64,000 nucleotides of DNA from Dehalococcoidia bacterium (GTDB lineage Bacteria; Chloroflexota; Dehalococcoidia; Lucifugimonadales; UBA1123), in assembly GCA_965242675.1 (NCBI GenBank), contig CBDESW010000004.1, positions 301,862 to 365,861 on the forward strand, written 5' to 3'. The translations under genes and the position numbers were made by a program. Position 1 is the stretch's first letter, and every line of letters begins with the position of its first letter. Positions 43,126 through 53,242 of the stretch are shown here, piece after piece. The notes under the pieces are model-generated. The model ran no database searches. It was not told the origin of the DNA and worked only from the letters and a program-made list of their open reading frames with translations.

Positions 43126-45309
43126 ATGAGTTTCAAGAGATTTGGGAGGATAGCGCTCCCGCTCGCGCTAGTGACGGCGCTGTTCGTCGCGGCGGCATGC
43201 GGCGGCGCGACGCAGGAGGGAGAAGCCGCTCCGACGGCGGCCCCGTCCCAGCCGGCCCCCGCGCCGACGACGGCCCCTGCGATGCCGGCTCCCACAACCG
43301 CGCCCGCCGCGCCCGCGATGGCGGAGGAACCCGCCATCGGCTCAGCGCTCATCGGGACGCTTGAAGGACCCAAAGTCATAGACGACGAGAGCATGTGGCC
43401 TACCTCGTTCAACGAAGCTCCGCAGTTCGCGGACCTCGTAGCCGCCGGCGAGTTGCCCCCCGTGGCGGAGAGAATCGGCGAAGACCCGCTCGTCATCGAA
43501 CCCGTACACGAAATAGGGCAGTACGGCGGCGTCTGGCGCAGAGGGTTCAGCGGACCCGCCGACAAGTGGAACGGATACCGCTGCTGCACCGGCACAGACC
43601 ACGTCCTCTATTGGGACTACACGGGGGCGACGCCGAGGCCGAACATCGTCAAGGATTGGGAAGCCGGCGCGGACGGCATGGAATTCACTCTGCACCTTCG
43701 CGAGGGCATGAAGTGGTCGGACGGCGAGCCGTTCACGGCGGACGACTTCGTCTTCTGGTACGAATACATGCACAACAACGAAGAGCTGATACCCGTGAAA
43801 TCGTCTTACTTCCAGACGGACAGCGGGGCGGGAACGCTGGAGAAGGTCGACGACTACACGGTCAAAGTAACCTTCCCGGATCCGTACTACCTGTTCATAG
43901 ACGTTCTCGCGGGGTCGACGCATCTGGGCGGACACGCCTATCAGGGGCTGAACGCGCGCGGCATGTTCGCCCCGGCGCACTACATGCAGCAGTTTCACCC
44001 GGACTTCGTCGGCGAGGATGAGCTGAACCAGATGGTGGCGGACGAAGACTTGGACAACTGGGTGACGCTGTTCAAGCAGAAGAACGACTGGGCGATCAAC
44101 CCGGAGCTGCCCGTAGTCACGCCCTGGAAGACGGTGATTCCCATAACCGAGCCGACTTGGGTGCTGGAGCGCAACCCGTACAGCATCTGGGTGGACACGG
44201 AAGGCAACCAGTTGCCCTACATAGACAAGGTGATCTTCACCGTGTTCGAGAACTTGGAGGTTCACAACCTGCGAGCGGTGGCGGGCGAATACGACATGCA
44301 GGCGCGCCACGTCGACATCCAGAAGGTGCCGGTGTTCTTGGAGAACGAGGAAGCGGGGCAGTACAAGCTCTACCTCGACCCCGGCGACTACGGCTCCGAC
44401 ATGCAGGTGAAAATCAACAAGAGTTACGAGGACGACCCGGAGGTCGGCGGCCTTCTGCGGAACGTGGACTTTCGGCGCGCGCTTTCCATGGGCGTCGACC
44501 GCGACCAGATCAGCGAGACGTTCTTCCTCGGCATAGCGCCCCCCCGAAGCGTCGCTCCGGTGGAATCCAACGAGTGCTACCCCGGCAAGGAATACGAGCT
44601 CAAGTGGCACACATTCGACCCCGACCAAGCCAACGCGCTGCTGGACGGGCTTGGATACACGGACAAAAACGCCAACGGAATCCGCATGCGGAAAGACGGC
44701 AACGGACCCCTGACGATTGAAGTCACCACGCTGGGCGGCCAGTTCGTTCAGTACACCCAGATCATGGAAGCGATCAAGGGGCAGTGGGAGGACATCGGGG
44801 TAGGTCTGGACGTCAAAGAGGTCGAGCGCAGCCTGGCGGCTCAGATATACAGGGCGAATCAGCATCAGCTCGCCGCTTGGAACAACGACGGCAGCGAGCA
44901 TCTGTTCACCTTCCCGGGCCACGTCTTCCCGTTCGCTCAGGGAAGCTCCGGCGGCACGTTGCTGGGGCTGTGGTTCCAGTCCAACGGCGAGGACGGCATG
45001 GAGCCTCAGCCGTACCTGAAGAAGATAATGGAGAACTGGCGCAGGGGCTTCGGCGTGCCTAAGGATGAGCGCGTCGCGCTCTGCAAGGAAGTCTGGGAAC
45101 TGGCGGTCGACAACGTCAACAACATCGGCATAGTCGGCCCCGGTCCGGCCTCGATGGGCGTGAGAATCGTCAAGACCGACATGGGCAACATCCCGTCGCG
45201 CCACTACAACAGCCCGGACGGCAAAACGCCCGGCATCTCCCGCCCGGTGACGTTCTTCTGGAAGAGCGCGGAAAACGCCGCGCGCCAGCAGCTCGAAATC
45301 GAGAAGTAG
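43126..45309 (+). CDS. ABC transporter substrate-binding lipoprotein, family 5, locus 2
   Basis: ATG at 43126 after AAAGGAGG. Lipobox VAAAC and a Pro/Ala linker. Large family-5 SBP (MEFTLHLREGMKWSDGEPFTADDFVFWYEYM). Confidence 0.85.
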   Translation: MSFKRFGRIALPLALVTALFVAAACGGATQEGEAAPTAAPSQPAPAPTTAPAMPAPTTAPAAPAMAEEPAIGSALIGTLEGPKVIDDESMWPTSFNEAPQFADLVAAGELPPVAERIGEDPLVIEPVHEIGQYGGVWRRGFSGPADKWNGYRCCTGTDHVLYWDYTGATPRPNIVKDWEAGADGMEFTLHLREGMKWSDGEPFTADDFVFWYEYMHNNEELIPVKSSYFQTDSGAGTLEKVDDYTVKVTFPDPYYLFIDVLAGSTHLGGHAYQGLNARGMFAPAHYMQQFHPDFVGEDELNQMVADEDLDNWVTLFKQKNDWAINPELPVVTPWKTVIPITEPTWVLERNPYSIWVDTEGNQLPYIDKVIFTVFENLEVHNLRAVAGEYDMQARHVDIQKVPVFLENEEAGQYKLYLDPGDYGSDMQVKINKSYEDDPEVGGLLRNVDFRRALSMGVDRDQISETFFLGIAPPRSVAPVESNECYPGKEYELKWHTFDPDQANALLDGLGYTDKNANGIRMRKDGNGPLTIEVTTLGGQFVQYTQIMEAIKGQWEDIGVGLDVKEVERSLAAQIYRANQHQLAAWNNDGSEHLFTFPGHVFPFAQGSSGGTLLGLWFQSNGEDGMEPQPYLKKIMENWRRGFGVPKDERVALCKEVWELAVDNVNNIGIVGPGPASMGVRIVKTDMGNIPSRHYNSPDGKTPGISRPVTFFWKSAENAARQQLEIEK

Positions 45310-45439
45310 CGGACGCACAACCGAAACCGGCAAGACAAACCGACAATCGGGGACGCGGGGGCGCGTTCGATGACGAGCGCGCGCCCCGTTTCCCCACTCG
45401 CTCAACCATCGCAACCATTGAATCGCAGGAGCAATTCGC

Positions 45440-46429
45440 GTGCTGGCATTTCTCGCGCGCCGCCTCGTTCTAGCCCTGATCACAGTCTGGGCCATATCGC
45501 TGATTACCTTCGCGATAATACAGTTGCCGCCCGGCGACTATGTGACCGCGTACATAGCGCAACTCGAGACGCAGGGCGACGTGGTGTCCGAAGAGGAAGC
45601 TATCGCCATACGCGCCGAGTACGGTTTGGAATCGCCCATCCCCGTGCAGTATGTGAAGTGGATGCAGCAGGCGTTCAGGGGCAACTTCGGCGTCGCGATG
45701 GAGTATCGGCAACCTGTTTTGGAAGTCATCGGAGACAGGCTCGCGCTGACGGCGGCTCTCACTTTCACTTCAATAATTTTCACTTGGGTGCTCGCCATAC
45801 CAATCGGCATATACTCCGCCGTGCGGCAGTATTCCGTTGGGGACTACACATTCACGTTTATAGGTTTCTTGGGGCTTGGAATTCCGAATTTCCTGCTCGC
45901 CTTGGTGGTTCTGTACGCGGGGTTCGTGTGGTTCGGGGCGAGCGTCGGCGGGCTGTTTTCGCCTGAAATGGTGGACGCCCCGTACAGTTTCGCCAAGATA
46001 ATCGACCTGATGAATCACCTCTGGATGCCCTCGCTGATTCTGGCGGTGGCGGGAACGGCTCAGCTAATCAGAGTGCTTAGGGCGAATCTGCTGGACGAGC
46101 TTCGCAAGCCATACGTCATCACGGCGCGCGCCAAGGGGCTGTCCGAGTGGCGCGTTGTGATGAAATATCCGTTCCGCGTGGCGCTGAATCCGCTAATCAG
46201 CACTATCGGCTACCTGTTGCCCCTCATCGTGTCGGGCAGCATCATCGTGTCGGTGGTGATGAGCCTGCCGACCGTCGGTCCGCTTCTGCTCAAGGCGCTG
46301 ATAGCGCAAGACATGTTCCTGGCGGGAACCATCATCCTGCTGATAGGCGTGATGACGGTGGTGGGGACTTTCATCTCAGACCTGTTGCTGGCGTGGACGG
46401 ACCCGCGCATCCGATTGGAGAGTACTTAA
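45440..46429 (+). CDS. ABC peptide transporter permease (DppB/OppB-like), locus 2
   Basis: GTG start. N-terminus LAFLARRLVLALITVWAISLITFAIIQLPPGD and the EAA-region sequence YVITARAKGLSE. Confidence 0.9.
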   Translation: MLAFLARRLVLALITVWAISLITFAIIQLPPGDYVTAYIAQLETQGDVVSEEEAIAIRAEYGLESPIPVQYVKWMQQAFRGNFGVAMEYRQPVLEVIGDRLALTAALTFTSIIFTWVLAIPIGIYSAVRQYSVGDYTFTFIGFLGLGIPNFLLALVVLYAGFVWFGASVGGLFSPEMVDAPYSFAKIIDLMNHLWMPSLILAVAGTAQLIRVLRANLLDELRKPYVITARAKGLSEWRVVMKYPFRVALNPLISTIGYLLPLIVSGSIIVSVVMSLPTVGPLLLKALIAQDMFLAGTIILLIGVMTVVGTFISDLLLAWTDPRIRLEST

Positions 46430-47575
46430 ATGGCGCGAGAAACAACCATAGAAGGCGCTCTTGCGGACTCCGCGCGGGCGGACCGCGCGGAGGAGCGCAT
46501 TTACGCGGCTTCGCAATGGCAGCTAATGTGGTGGCGTCTGCGCCGCCACAAGTTGGCGATGATCGCCGGCGTCGTGCTTATCCTGTTCTACCTGGTCTCC
46601 GCCGGCGCGGAGTTCCTGGCGACGTCCGACCCCACGGAGTCGGAGGCGCAGCGGGGGCTAATGCCGCCGCAGCGCATCCACCTCTTCGACGGGTGGAGGT
46701 TCAGCCCGCACGTACTCGCCATAACCGGCAAGCGCGACCCCCAAACGTTCCAGCGCGTTTACGTCACTGACCCCGACAACAAAATACCCCTAAGGCTGTT
46801 CGCCAGAGGGTTCGAGTACAGGTTCCTAGGGCTGATACCCACCGACCGCCACCTGATAGGCGTGTCCGAAGGGCGCGCGGAAGATACGATATTCATTCTG
46901 GGGACGGACTTGCAGGGGCGCGACCTCTGGTCTCGCCTGCTCATGGCGACGCGCATCTCCATGACCATCGGATTGGCGAGCGTCGCCATAACGCTGATTC
47001 TGGGCGTGTTGCTCGGCGGCATATCCGGCTACTACGGCGGCTGGGTGGACATCGTAATTCAGCGCGTAATCGAAATTCTGCGCTCCATTCCCACAATACC
47101 GCTTTGGATGGGCATAGCCGCGAGCGTGCCTAGGGAATGGTCTATCCTGAGAGTCTATTTCGCAATCACGATAATCATAGCGATAATAGGCTGGACGGAA
47201 GTGGCGCGCGTCGTGCGCGGGCGCTTCCTGTCGTTGCGCGAGGAAGATTTCGTCACCGCCGCCGAGCTCGCCGGCGCGAACCAGATGCGAATTATCTTCC
47301 GGCACATGGCGCCGTCGTTCCTAAGCCACATAATCGCGGCGACTACGCTGGCGTTCCCCGCCATCATCATCGCGGAGACGTCGCTCAGCTTCCTCGGTCT
47401 GGGCTTGCGCCCGCCGGCGATAAGTTGGGGCGTGCTTCTGCAGGCGGCGCAGCAAGTCCAGGCGGTGGCGCTCACGCCTTGGCTGCTCATCCCCGCCGTG
47501 CCGGTGATTGTGGCGGTGCTGGCGTTCAACTTCCTCGGAGACGGTCTAAGAGACGCGGCGGACCCCTATGGCTAA
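46430..47575 (+). CDS. ABC peptide transporter permease (DppC/OppC-like, long N-terminus), locus 2
   Basis: ATG immediately follows the upstream TAA. Motifs ILGTDLQGRDLWSRLLMATRISM and FVTAAELAGA. Confidence 0.9.
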   Translation: MARETTIEGALADSARADRAEERIYAASQWQLMWWRLRRHKLAMIAGVVLILFYLVSAGAEFLATSDPTESEAQRGLMPPQRIHLFDGWRFSPHVLAITGKRDPQTFQRVYVTDPDNKIPLRLFARGFEYRFLGLIPTDRHLIGVSEGRAEDTIFILGTDLQGRDLWSRLLMATRISMTIGLASVAITLILGVLLGGISGYYGGWVDIVIQRVIEILRSIPTIPLWMGIAASVPREWSILRVYFAITIIIAIIGWTEVARVVRGRFLSLREEDFVTAAELAGANQMRIIFRHMAPSFLSHIIAATTLAFPAIIIAETSLSFLGLGLRPPAISWGVLLQAAQQVQAVALTPWLLIPAVPVIVAVLAFNFLGDGLRDAADPYG

Positions 47576-48614
47576 TCAGAAGCAACCCACGCAAAACGGC
47601 GGCGAGCCGCTACTTTCGGTTCGCAACCTCAGCACGCATTTCCCGCTCGACGAAGGCACAGTCATCGCGGTGGACGGCGCGAGCTTCGACCTGCGCGAAG
47701 GGCAGACGCTCGGCATCGTCGGCGAAAGCGGCTGCGGCAAGAGCGTCACGGCGCGCTCCATTCTGGGCATACTCGACAAGCCCGGACTGGTTGTGGACGG
47801 CGAAATCATCTTCCGCCGGCGCGCGCGGGACGGCGGCGAAGAGACGCTCGACCTCACCGAGTTCGACGCCGACAGCGCCGAGATGCGCTCCATCCGCGGC
47901 GGCGAAATCGCCTACGTCTTCCAAGAGCCGATGACTTCCTTCAGCCCCGTCCACACCATCGGCAACCAGCTGATGGAAGCCATCATGCTGCATCAGGACG
48001 TCGACAAGACGCGGGCGCGCGAGATGGGCGCGGAGCTGCTCCGGCGCGTGGGCATCCCCCTGCCCGACCAGCGCATGAACGAGTATTCGTTCCAACTAAG
48101 CGGCGGCTTGCGCCAGCGCGCGATGATAGCCATGGCGCTCTCGTGCAACCCGCGCATCCTAATCGCCGACGAGCCGACCACAGCGCTCGACGTCACAACG
48201 CAGGCGCAGATACTCGACCTGATGAGCGCCCTCCAGCAGGATCAGGAGATGGCGATAATGCTCATCACCCACGATCTGGGCGTGATAGCGGAGATGGCGG
48301 ATTACGTCGTCGTCATGTACTTGGGGCAGGTAGTAGAAAGCGCGCCGGTGGACGACATTTTCCACAACCCGCAGCACCCGTACACGCAGGCGCTCTTGCA
48401 ATCCATCCCGCGCCTGCAGTCGGACGGCGGCGAGCGTCTGGCGTCCATAACCGGCTCCGTGCCGCATCCCTACGCGCGCCCGTCCGGCTGCCCGTTCAAC
48501 CCGCGTTGCCCGGCGTTCATGGCGGGGACTTGCGACGAGAACGAGCCGCGCCTGCAGCCCATCGGACCAAGCCACGAAGTCAGCTGTTTTCTCCACCACG
48601 GAGCCGAGCGATGA
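47568..48614 (+). CDS. ABC peptide transporter ATP-binding protein (DppD/OppD-like)
   Basis: 8-nt overlap with the permease gene. Walker A GESGCGKS, signature LSGGLRQR, Walker [13 protein letters not shown], and a C-terminal oligopeptide-type extension with a Cys cluster. Confidence 0.92.
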   Translation: MANQKQPTQNGGEPLLSVRNLSTHFPLDEGTVIAVDGASFDLREGQTLGIVGESGCGKSVTARSILGILDKPGLVVDGEIIFRRRARDGGEETLDLTEFDADSAEMRSIRGGEIAYVFQEPMTSFSPVHTIGNQLMEAIMLHQDVDKTRAREMGAELLRRVGIPLPDQRMNEYSFQLSGGLRQRAMIAMALSCNPRILIADEPTTALDVTTQAQILDLMSALQQDQEMAIMLITHDLGVIAEMADYVVVMYLGQVVESAPVDDIFHNPQHPYTQALLQSIPRLQSDGGERLASITGSVPHPYARPSGCPFNPRCPAFMAGTCDENEPRLQPIGPSHEVSCFLHHGAER

Positions 48615-49663
48615 ACGACGACCGCGCCCAAAACGGAAATAACGGAAGCGACGACCGGCTTTTGGAGGTGAACAACCTGCGAAAGCACTTCCCCATCCAG
48701 CGGGGGATTTTGCGGCGCGAAGTCGGCAGAATCCGCGCGGTGGACGACGTGAGCTTCTACATAGACGAGGGCGAGACGCTGGGGCTTGTCGGCGAGAGCG
48801 GCTGCGGCAAGACGACCACGGCGCGCTGCATCCTGCGGGCGGTCGACCCGACGAGCGGCGAGATACTCTTCCGCGCCGCCGACGGCTCCACGACGGACGT
48901 CGCCGCCGCGTCCCTGGCGCAGATGCGCGGCTTGCGCCACGAGATGCAGATGATCTTCCAAGACCCGTTCTCGTCGCTCAACCCGCGCATGACGTTGCTG
49001 GACATAGTGGGCGAGCCGCTGGTGATAAGCGGCTACCCGCGCGCCGACCGCGAAGACCGCGTCGCGGAGCTGTTGCGCCTAGTGGGGTTGCGCCCGGAGT
49101 TCATGCGGCGATTCCCCCACGCCTTCAGCGGGGGGCAGCGCCAGCGAATCGGCATAGCGCGCGCCCTCGCGCTCAACCCCCGCCTGATAGTGGCGGACGA
49201 GCCGGTGTCCGCGCTCGACGTATCCGTCCAAGCCCAAGTGCTGAACCTGATGATGGATTTGCAGCGCGAGCTGGGGCTGACCTATCTGTTCGTGGCGCAC
49301 GACCTGAGCGTGGTCAAGCACATAAGCGACCGAATCGCGGTGATGTACGTAGGGAAGATGGTCGAGATGGCGCCCGCCGATTCGCTCTTCGCAACGCCGC
49401 GCCACCCGTACACGGAGGCGCTGCTGTCGTCCGTCCCCGAACCCGACCCCCGCGCCCGCCGCGAGCGCGTCCCCCTGCAGGGCGAAGTGGCGAACCCGGC
49501 GAACCCGCCGCAAGGATGCTACTTCAACCCCAGATGCCAATACGCGACGGACATATGCCGAACTGAGACGCCGGAGCTGCGCGAGATAGCCCCCAACCAC
49601 TTCGCCAGCTGCCACCGCGCCGACGAGCTGGCGCTGGACGGGGTGATAGAGTTGGCGGGGTAG
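48611..49663 (+). CDS. ABC peptide transporter ATP-binding protein (DppF/OppF-like)
   Basis: ATGA overlap with the upstream gene. Walker [10 protein letters not shown], signature FSGGQRQR, Walker [13 protein letters not shown]. Confidence 0.92.
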   Translation: MNDDRAQNGNNGSDDRLLEVNNLRKHFPIQRGILRREVGRIRAVDDVSFYIDEGETLGLVGESGCGKTTTARCILRAVDPTSGEILFRAADGSTTDVAAASLAQMRGLRHEMQMIFQDPFSSLNPRMTLLDIVGEPLVISGYPRADREDRVAELLRLVGLRPEFMRRFPHAFSGGQRQRIGIARALALNPRLIVADEPVSALDVSVQAQVLNLMMDLQRELGLTYLFVAHDLSVVKHISDRIAVMYVGKMVEMAPADSLFATPRHPYTEALLSSVPEPDPRARRERVPLQGEVANPANPPQGCYFNPRCQYATDICRTETPELREIAPNHFASCHRADELALDGVIELAG

Positions 49664-49742
49664 TAGAAACGGCGCGGCGGACTGCATATCGCGCCGCTAC
49701 CGATTTCCGCCCGCCGCCATTCCCGCGAAATAAGGGGGAATG

Positions 49743-50132
49743 CTAATCGTTGGAGCGGGCGTCCGAGCGCTCGACGTTTCCGATTCTTGCCTCGATATTC
49801 TCGACCTTGGTCTCGATGTTCGCGACCCTTGCTTCGATATTCTCGACCCTGCCCTTTATTTGGACAACTTCGATTCTCAGCGCGACGACTTCGGCGCTTA
49901 GAGCGTCGAAGCGCTCATTGAGCGCGCGAAAGTCCGCGCGGGACTCGGATCTGAGCGCGTTCATCTCAGACCTGAGCGCGAGCATCATGGACACCATCAC
50001 CGCGAATATGGCGATGAGAACCGCCAGGATTGTCACCCCCAGCCCCATTAGGGGGATTTGGGATGCCGCTATCCCCAGAAACGTCGCCTCTTCCATGTCG
50101 TTAGCCATCCTTATGGCGGCAAGCGCCTTCAA
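49743..50132 (-). CDS. Small membrane-anchored coiled-coil protein
   Basis: One TM segment (LMGLGVTILAVLIAIFAVMVSMMLAL), then a coiled coil with the repeated unit VENIEARVANIETKVENIEARIGNVE. The start is uncertain: TTG 50132, ATG 50108 or ATG 50096. Confidence 0.45.
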   Translation of the reverse strand: MKALAAIRMANDMEEATFLGIAASQIPLMGLGVTILAVLIAIFAVMVSMMLALRSEMNALRSESRADFRALNERFDALSAEVVALRIEVVQIKGRVENIEARVANIETKVENIEARIGNVERSDARSND

Positions 50133-50328
50133 CGAAACGGGGACAGCGAAACGAAAGCCGCCGTCCGTCGGAAGGTCTGAAAACGATAGATGGCTTTGAG
50201 TTTACTCCAAATCGCCCGAAGGCGCAACCGCGTTGCGTTGCGAGAGACGCGGCGGATAAAGAGATAAGGGCTTTGTTGACCGCGATTCGCGCTAGATTCC
50301 CGCTATCCCCCGAATCCCAGCGGGCGAT

Positions 50329-51057
50329 ATGCTATCCTTATATAACACCCGCCAACCAACAGCCGCCAACCGCCAAGCCCGCCCATTGCGCTCCCCGACC
50401 ACGCTCCGCAAACTCCCCCCGTCCGCCCCGCGCGAGGTTTCGCCGGCGGAGCGGGCGCGGCTTGTGCTTTGCCTCGCCATCTACGGCGGCGCGCTGGGCG
50501 CGGGCGCCGTCATCGTCAACCTCATCTCGCGGACGCCCTACCCGCAAGTCCCCCAGCACATGGCGCCGCCCGCCACCGCCATCTTCTCCGTCTGGGCGTT
50601 TTTCGCCTGCGGATTTCTGGGCGCGATGTTCGCGCGCTGGCTCGCGGGCGCGTTGGAAGACTCGCTCATCCTGCGTCTGCTCAAGTGGCTGTTCGGCGTC
50701 GGGTTCCTATTCGGAATCCTCTCGCCGGTGATTACCGGCGCGTTCATCCCGATGAGCCAGGTGTTCATAGACGCCTACTACGGCGCGCGGGCGCCTTTGG
50801 AAATCCCCGCCTACGCGCTCGGCGCGCTGTTCCGGGCGCCGGGGTTCGCGCTCTCGCACGGCGTGCTGGGGCTTTTCACGGGGATGACGGCGGGGGCGCT
50901 GTTCGGCGCGGGCGCGTGGGCGGTGAACGAGCTGAACAGATCGCGCTCGGAGGCGCTCGCCAAATACGGCGCGCTCGCGCTCGCCCTGTCGCTGTCCGCG
51001 CTCTTCTACGGCGTATCGGTTCTGGCGCCGGCGACCGCGCTGGAGCGCTGGGGGTGA
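50329..51057 (+). CDS. Polytopic membrane protein, function unknown
   Basis: Hydrophobic ORF with about 6 TM segments. There is no SD and the start is uncertain. Confidence 0.4.
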   Translation: MLSLYNTRQPTAANRQARPLRSPTTLRKLPPSAPREVSPAERARLVLCLAIYGGALGAGAVIVNLISRTPYPQVPQHMAPPATAIFSVWAFFACGFLGAMFARWLAGALEDSLILRLLKWLFGVGFLFGILSPVITGAFIPMSQVFIDAYYGARAPLEIPAYALGALFRAPGFALSHGVLGLFTGMTAGALFGAGAWAVNELNRSRSEALAKYGALALALSLSALFYGVSVLAPATALERWG

Positions 51058-51321
51058 CGGCGGCGCGGAATCTTGAAAAGCCGCGCCCGCCCCGACGGAT
51101 TCGGCTTATGCGGGTCGCGCTTCCGCCGCCCCGGCGTTTGCGGCGGGCGGCGAATCGTGATAGAATGGTTTACGCAAAGCGCAAATGTTCTTTCTCGCGG
51201 CTTCGCGTTTCGCGCGGGCGCTTTTCGGGGAATCCAAGACCGGAGCGGGGAGCGCCCAAACGCCGCCGAACGTGGTACACTGTGAGAAAGCCGCAGGCGG
51301 GAGCAGGATGTTCGATACGTT

Positions 51322-52218
51322 ATGGATGGACTGATAGAGCGCGAACCGGACGAACGCAAGTTGCCGACGATGATAGTCGCCTTCGGCGGCTGGCCCGACG
51401 CGGCGGAGGCGGCGACTAGGGCGGTTCGCTATCTGGCGCGAAAACTGCCGGCGCGGAAGTTCGCCGAAATAGACCCGGAGGAGTTTTACGACTTCACTGT
51501 GGCGCGCCCGCACACGCGGGTCGACCGCCGCGGGCGGCGCGCGATACGCTGGCCCAGAAACGACTTCTACCGCTACGTGCACGAAAGCGACGAGAGCGCG
51601 AATCTGTTGCTTTTCATAGGCACGGAGCCCAATCTGCGCTGGCGGACATACTCGAACATAGTGGCGGACGTGGCGGCGCGGAGCGGCGTGGAGATGGTCG
51701 TCTCGCTGGGCGCGTTGCTGGACGCCGTTCCGCACACCCGCGAGCCGCGCGTCACCGGGCGCGCGAGCTCCGGCGCGCTCACCGACAAAGTGAAATGGCT
51801 CGGAATCCAAAACTCCGGTTATCAGGGACCAACCGGCATCCACACCGCCTTCACCGACGCCTGCAACCGGCTCGGATTGGAACACGCCAGCATCTGGGGG
51901 CATAGCCCGCATTACGTCCAGACCTCGCCGAATCCGCGCGTCAGCCACGCCCTGCTCGCCAAACTCAACAACCTCATCGAGTTCAGCGTGGACTTGACCG
52001 AGTTGCGTCTCGCCGGAGAGTCGTTCGTGGAGGACGTGTCCAAAGCGACGGCGAATCAGGCGAAAGTAAGCGCCTATGTAGAGAAGCTGGAGCGCCGCTA
52101 CGACGAATCCCACGGACCAGAAGACGACGGGGAGATTCCCGACCCGGATGAGATGGTGCGCGAGCTGGAGGAATTCCTCCGCAGCCAGCGGCGCCCGGAA
52201 GAGGACGGCGAACGATGA
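51322..52218 (+). CDS. PAC2 (proteasome assembly chaperone 2-like) family protein
   Basis: LPTMIVAFGGWPDAAEAATRAVRYL...FIGTEPNLRWRTY...VSLGALLDAVPHTREPRVTG...GYQGPTGIHTAF...IWGHSPHYV matches my recollection of bacterial PAC2-family proteins. Confidence 0.7.
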   Translation: MDGLIEREPDERKLPTMIVAFGGWPDAAEAATRAVRYLARKLPARKFAEIDPEEFYDFTVARPHTRVDRRGRRAIRWPRNDFYRYVHESDESANLLLFIGTEPNLRWRTYSNIVADVAARSGVEMVVSLGALLDAVPHTREPRVTGRASSGALTDKVKWLGIQNSGYQGPTGIHTAFTDACNRLGLEHASIWGHSPHYVQTSPNPRVSHALLAKLNNLIEFSVDLTELRLAGESFVEDVSKATANQAKVSAYVEKLERRYDESHGPEDDGEIPDPDEMVRELEEFLRSQRRPEEDGER

Positions 52219-53093
52219 GCGACCGCCCAACGGAAGCCTTCGCCAAAGTCGGCGGCGGCGAGATTCATTATCGCGACTGGGGCGGCGGCGGGCAGGCGGT
52301 GATGCTCGTTCACGGCTTGGCGTCCAACTGCCGCATCTGGGACTTCGTCGCGCCGATTCTGAGCCGCCGCTTCCGCGTTTTCGCGCTCGACCAGCGCGGA
52401 CACGGGCGCTCGTTCAAGCCGGACGGCGGCTACGACTTCGCCGGCGTCGTCGCGGACCTGGACGAATTCGCCGACGCCGTCGGCGCGAATCGCCCCGTCA
52501 TCGTCGGACATTCCTGGGGCGGCGACGTGGCGCTGGAGTACGCCGTCGCGCATCCGGACAAGACGGGCGGCTTGGTTTTCGTGGACGGCGGCACAATCGA
52601 AATCTCGCGCCGGAGCGATTGGACTTTGGAAGACGCCAAGCGCGAGATGGCGCCGCCCGTCTGGACGGGCGTATCCGAAACCGCCTTCCGCGAGCGCGTC
52701 CGAACCCGCTGGCTATCGATGGTCGCCAACCCCGCCGTCGCGGATATAGTCATGGCGAACTTCCGAACGCTCGCGGACGGAACCATAGCGTCCCGCCTAA
52801 GCCGCGCCAACCATCTGAGAATCATCGAGGCGCTGTGGGACCATAAGCCGTCCGAGCTGTATCCGCGCGTCCAATGCCCAGTCCTTCTCATGCCCGCCCG
52901 TCGGCGCGGAGACGAGGATACGCCGCAATCGCGCCGCTTCAGGCGGGAAGAATCCATAGCCCGCGCCGAATCGCTCCTGCCCGCGAGCGAGACGGTTTGG
53001 ATGGAAGACAGCGTCCACGACGTCCCGCTCCAGCGCCCGGAGCTGGTGGCGGCGACCATAGGCGACCGCATCGCGGCGGGCTTTTTCGGGTGA
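52215..53093 (+). CDS. Alpha/beta-fold hydrolase
   Basis: ATGA overlap with the PAC2 gene. Motifs VMLVHGLASNCRIWD, the nucleophile elbow VGHSWGG, and a C-terminal SVHDVPLQRP (His). Confidence 0.8.
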   Translation: MSDRPTEAFAKVGGGEIHYRDWGGGGQAVMLVHGLASNCRIWDFVAPILSRRFRVFALDQRGHGRSFKPDGGYDFAGVVADLDEFADAVGANRPVIVGHSWGGDVALEYAVAHPDKTGGLVFVDGGTIEISRRSDWTLEDAKREMAPPVWTGVSETAFRERVRTRWLSMVANPAVADIVMANFRTLADGTIASRLSRANHLRIIEALWDHKPSELYPRVQCPVLLMPARRRGDEDTPQSRRFRREESIARAESLLPASETVWMEDSVHDVPLQRPELVAATIGDRIAAGFFG

Positions 53094-53193
53094 GATTCGG
53101 CGGGGATTGGGGCGGGTTCACGGTGAACCCGGTGATGGATGATTCGGCGGAGCGCGCGACATTCCCGATTTCCCCATCATTCCCAACTTTCCG

Positions 53194-53224
53194 CCCCGTC
53201 ATTCCCGCGAAAGCGGGAAGCCGG
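53194..53224 (+). repeat. 27-nt hairpin repeat copy (3' arm diverged)
   Basis: CCCCGTCATTCCCGCGAAAGCGGGAAGCCGG. Confidence 0.7.
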
Positions 53225-53242
53225 AAGGCCGTTGCCCTGTCG

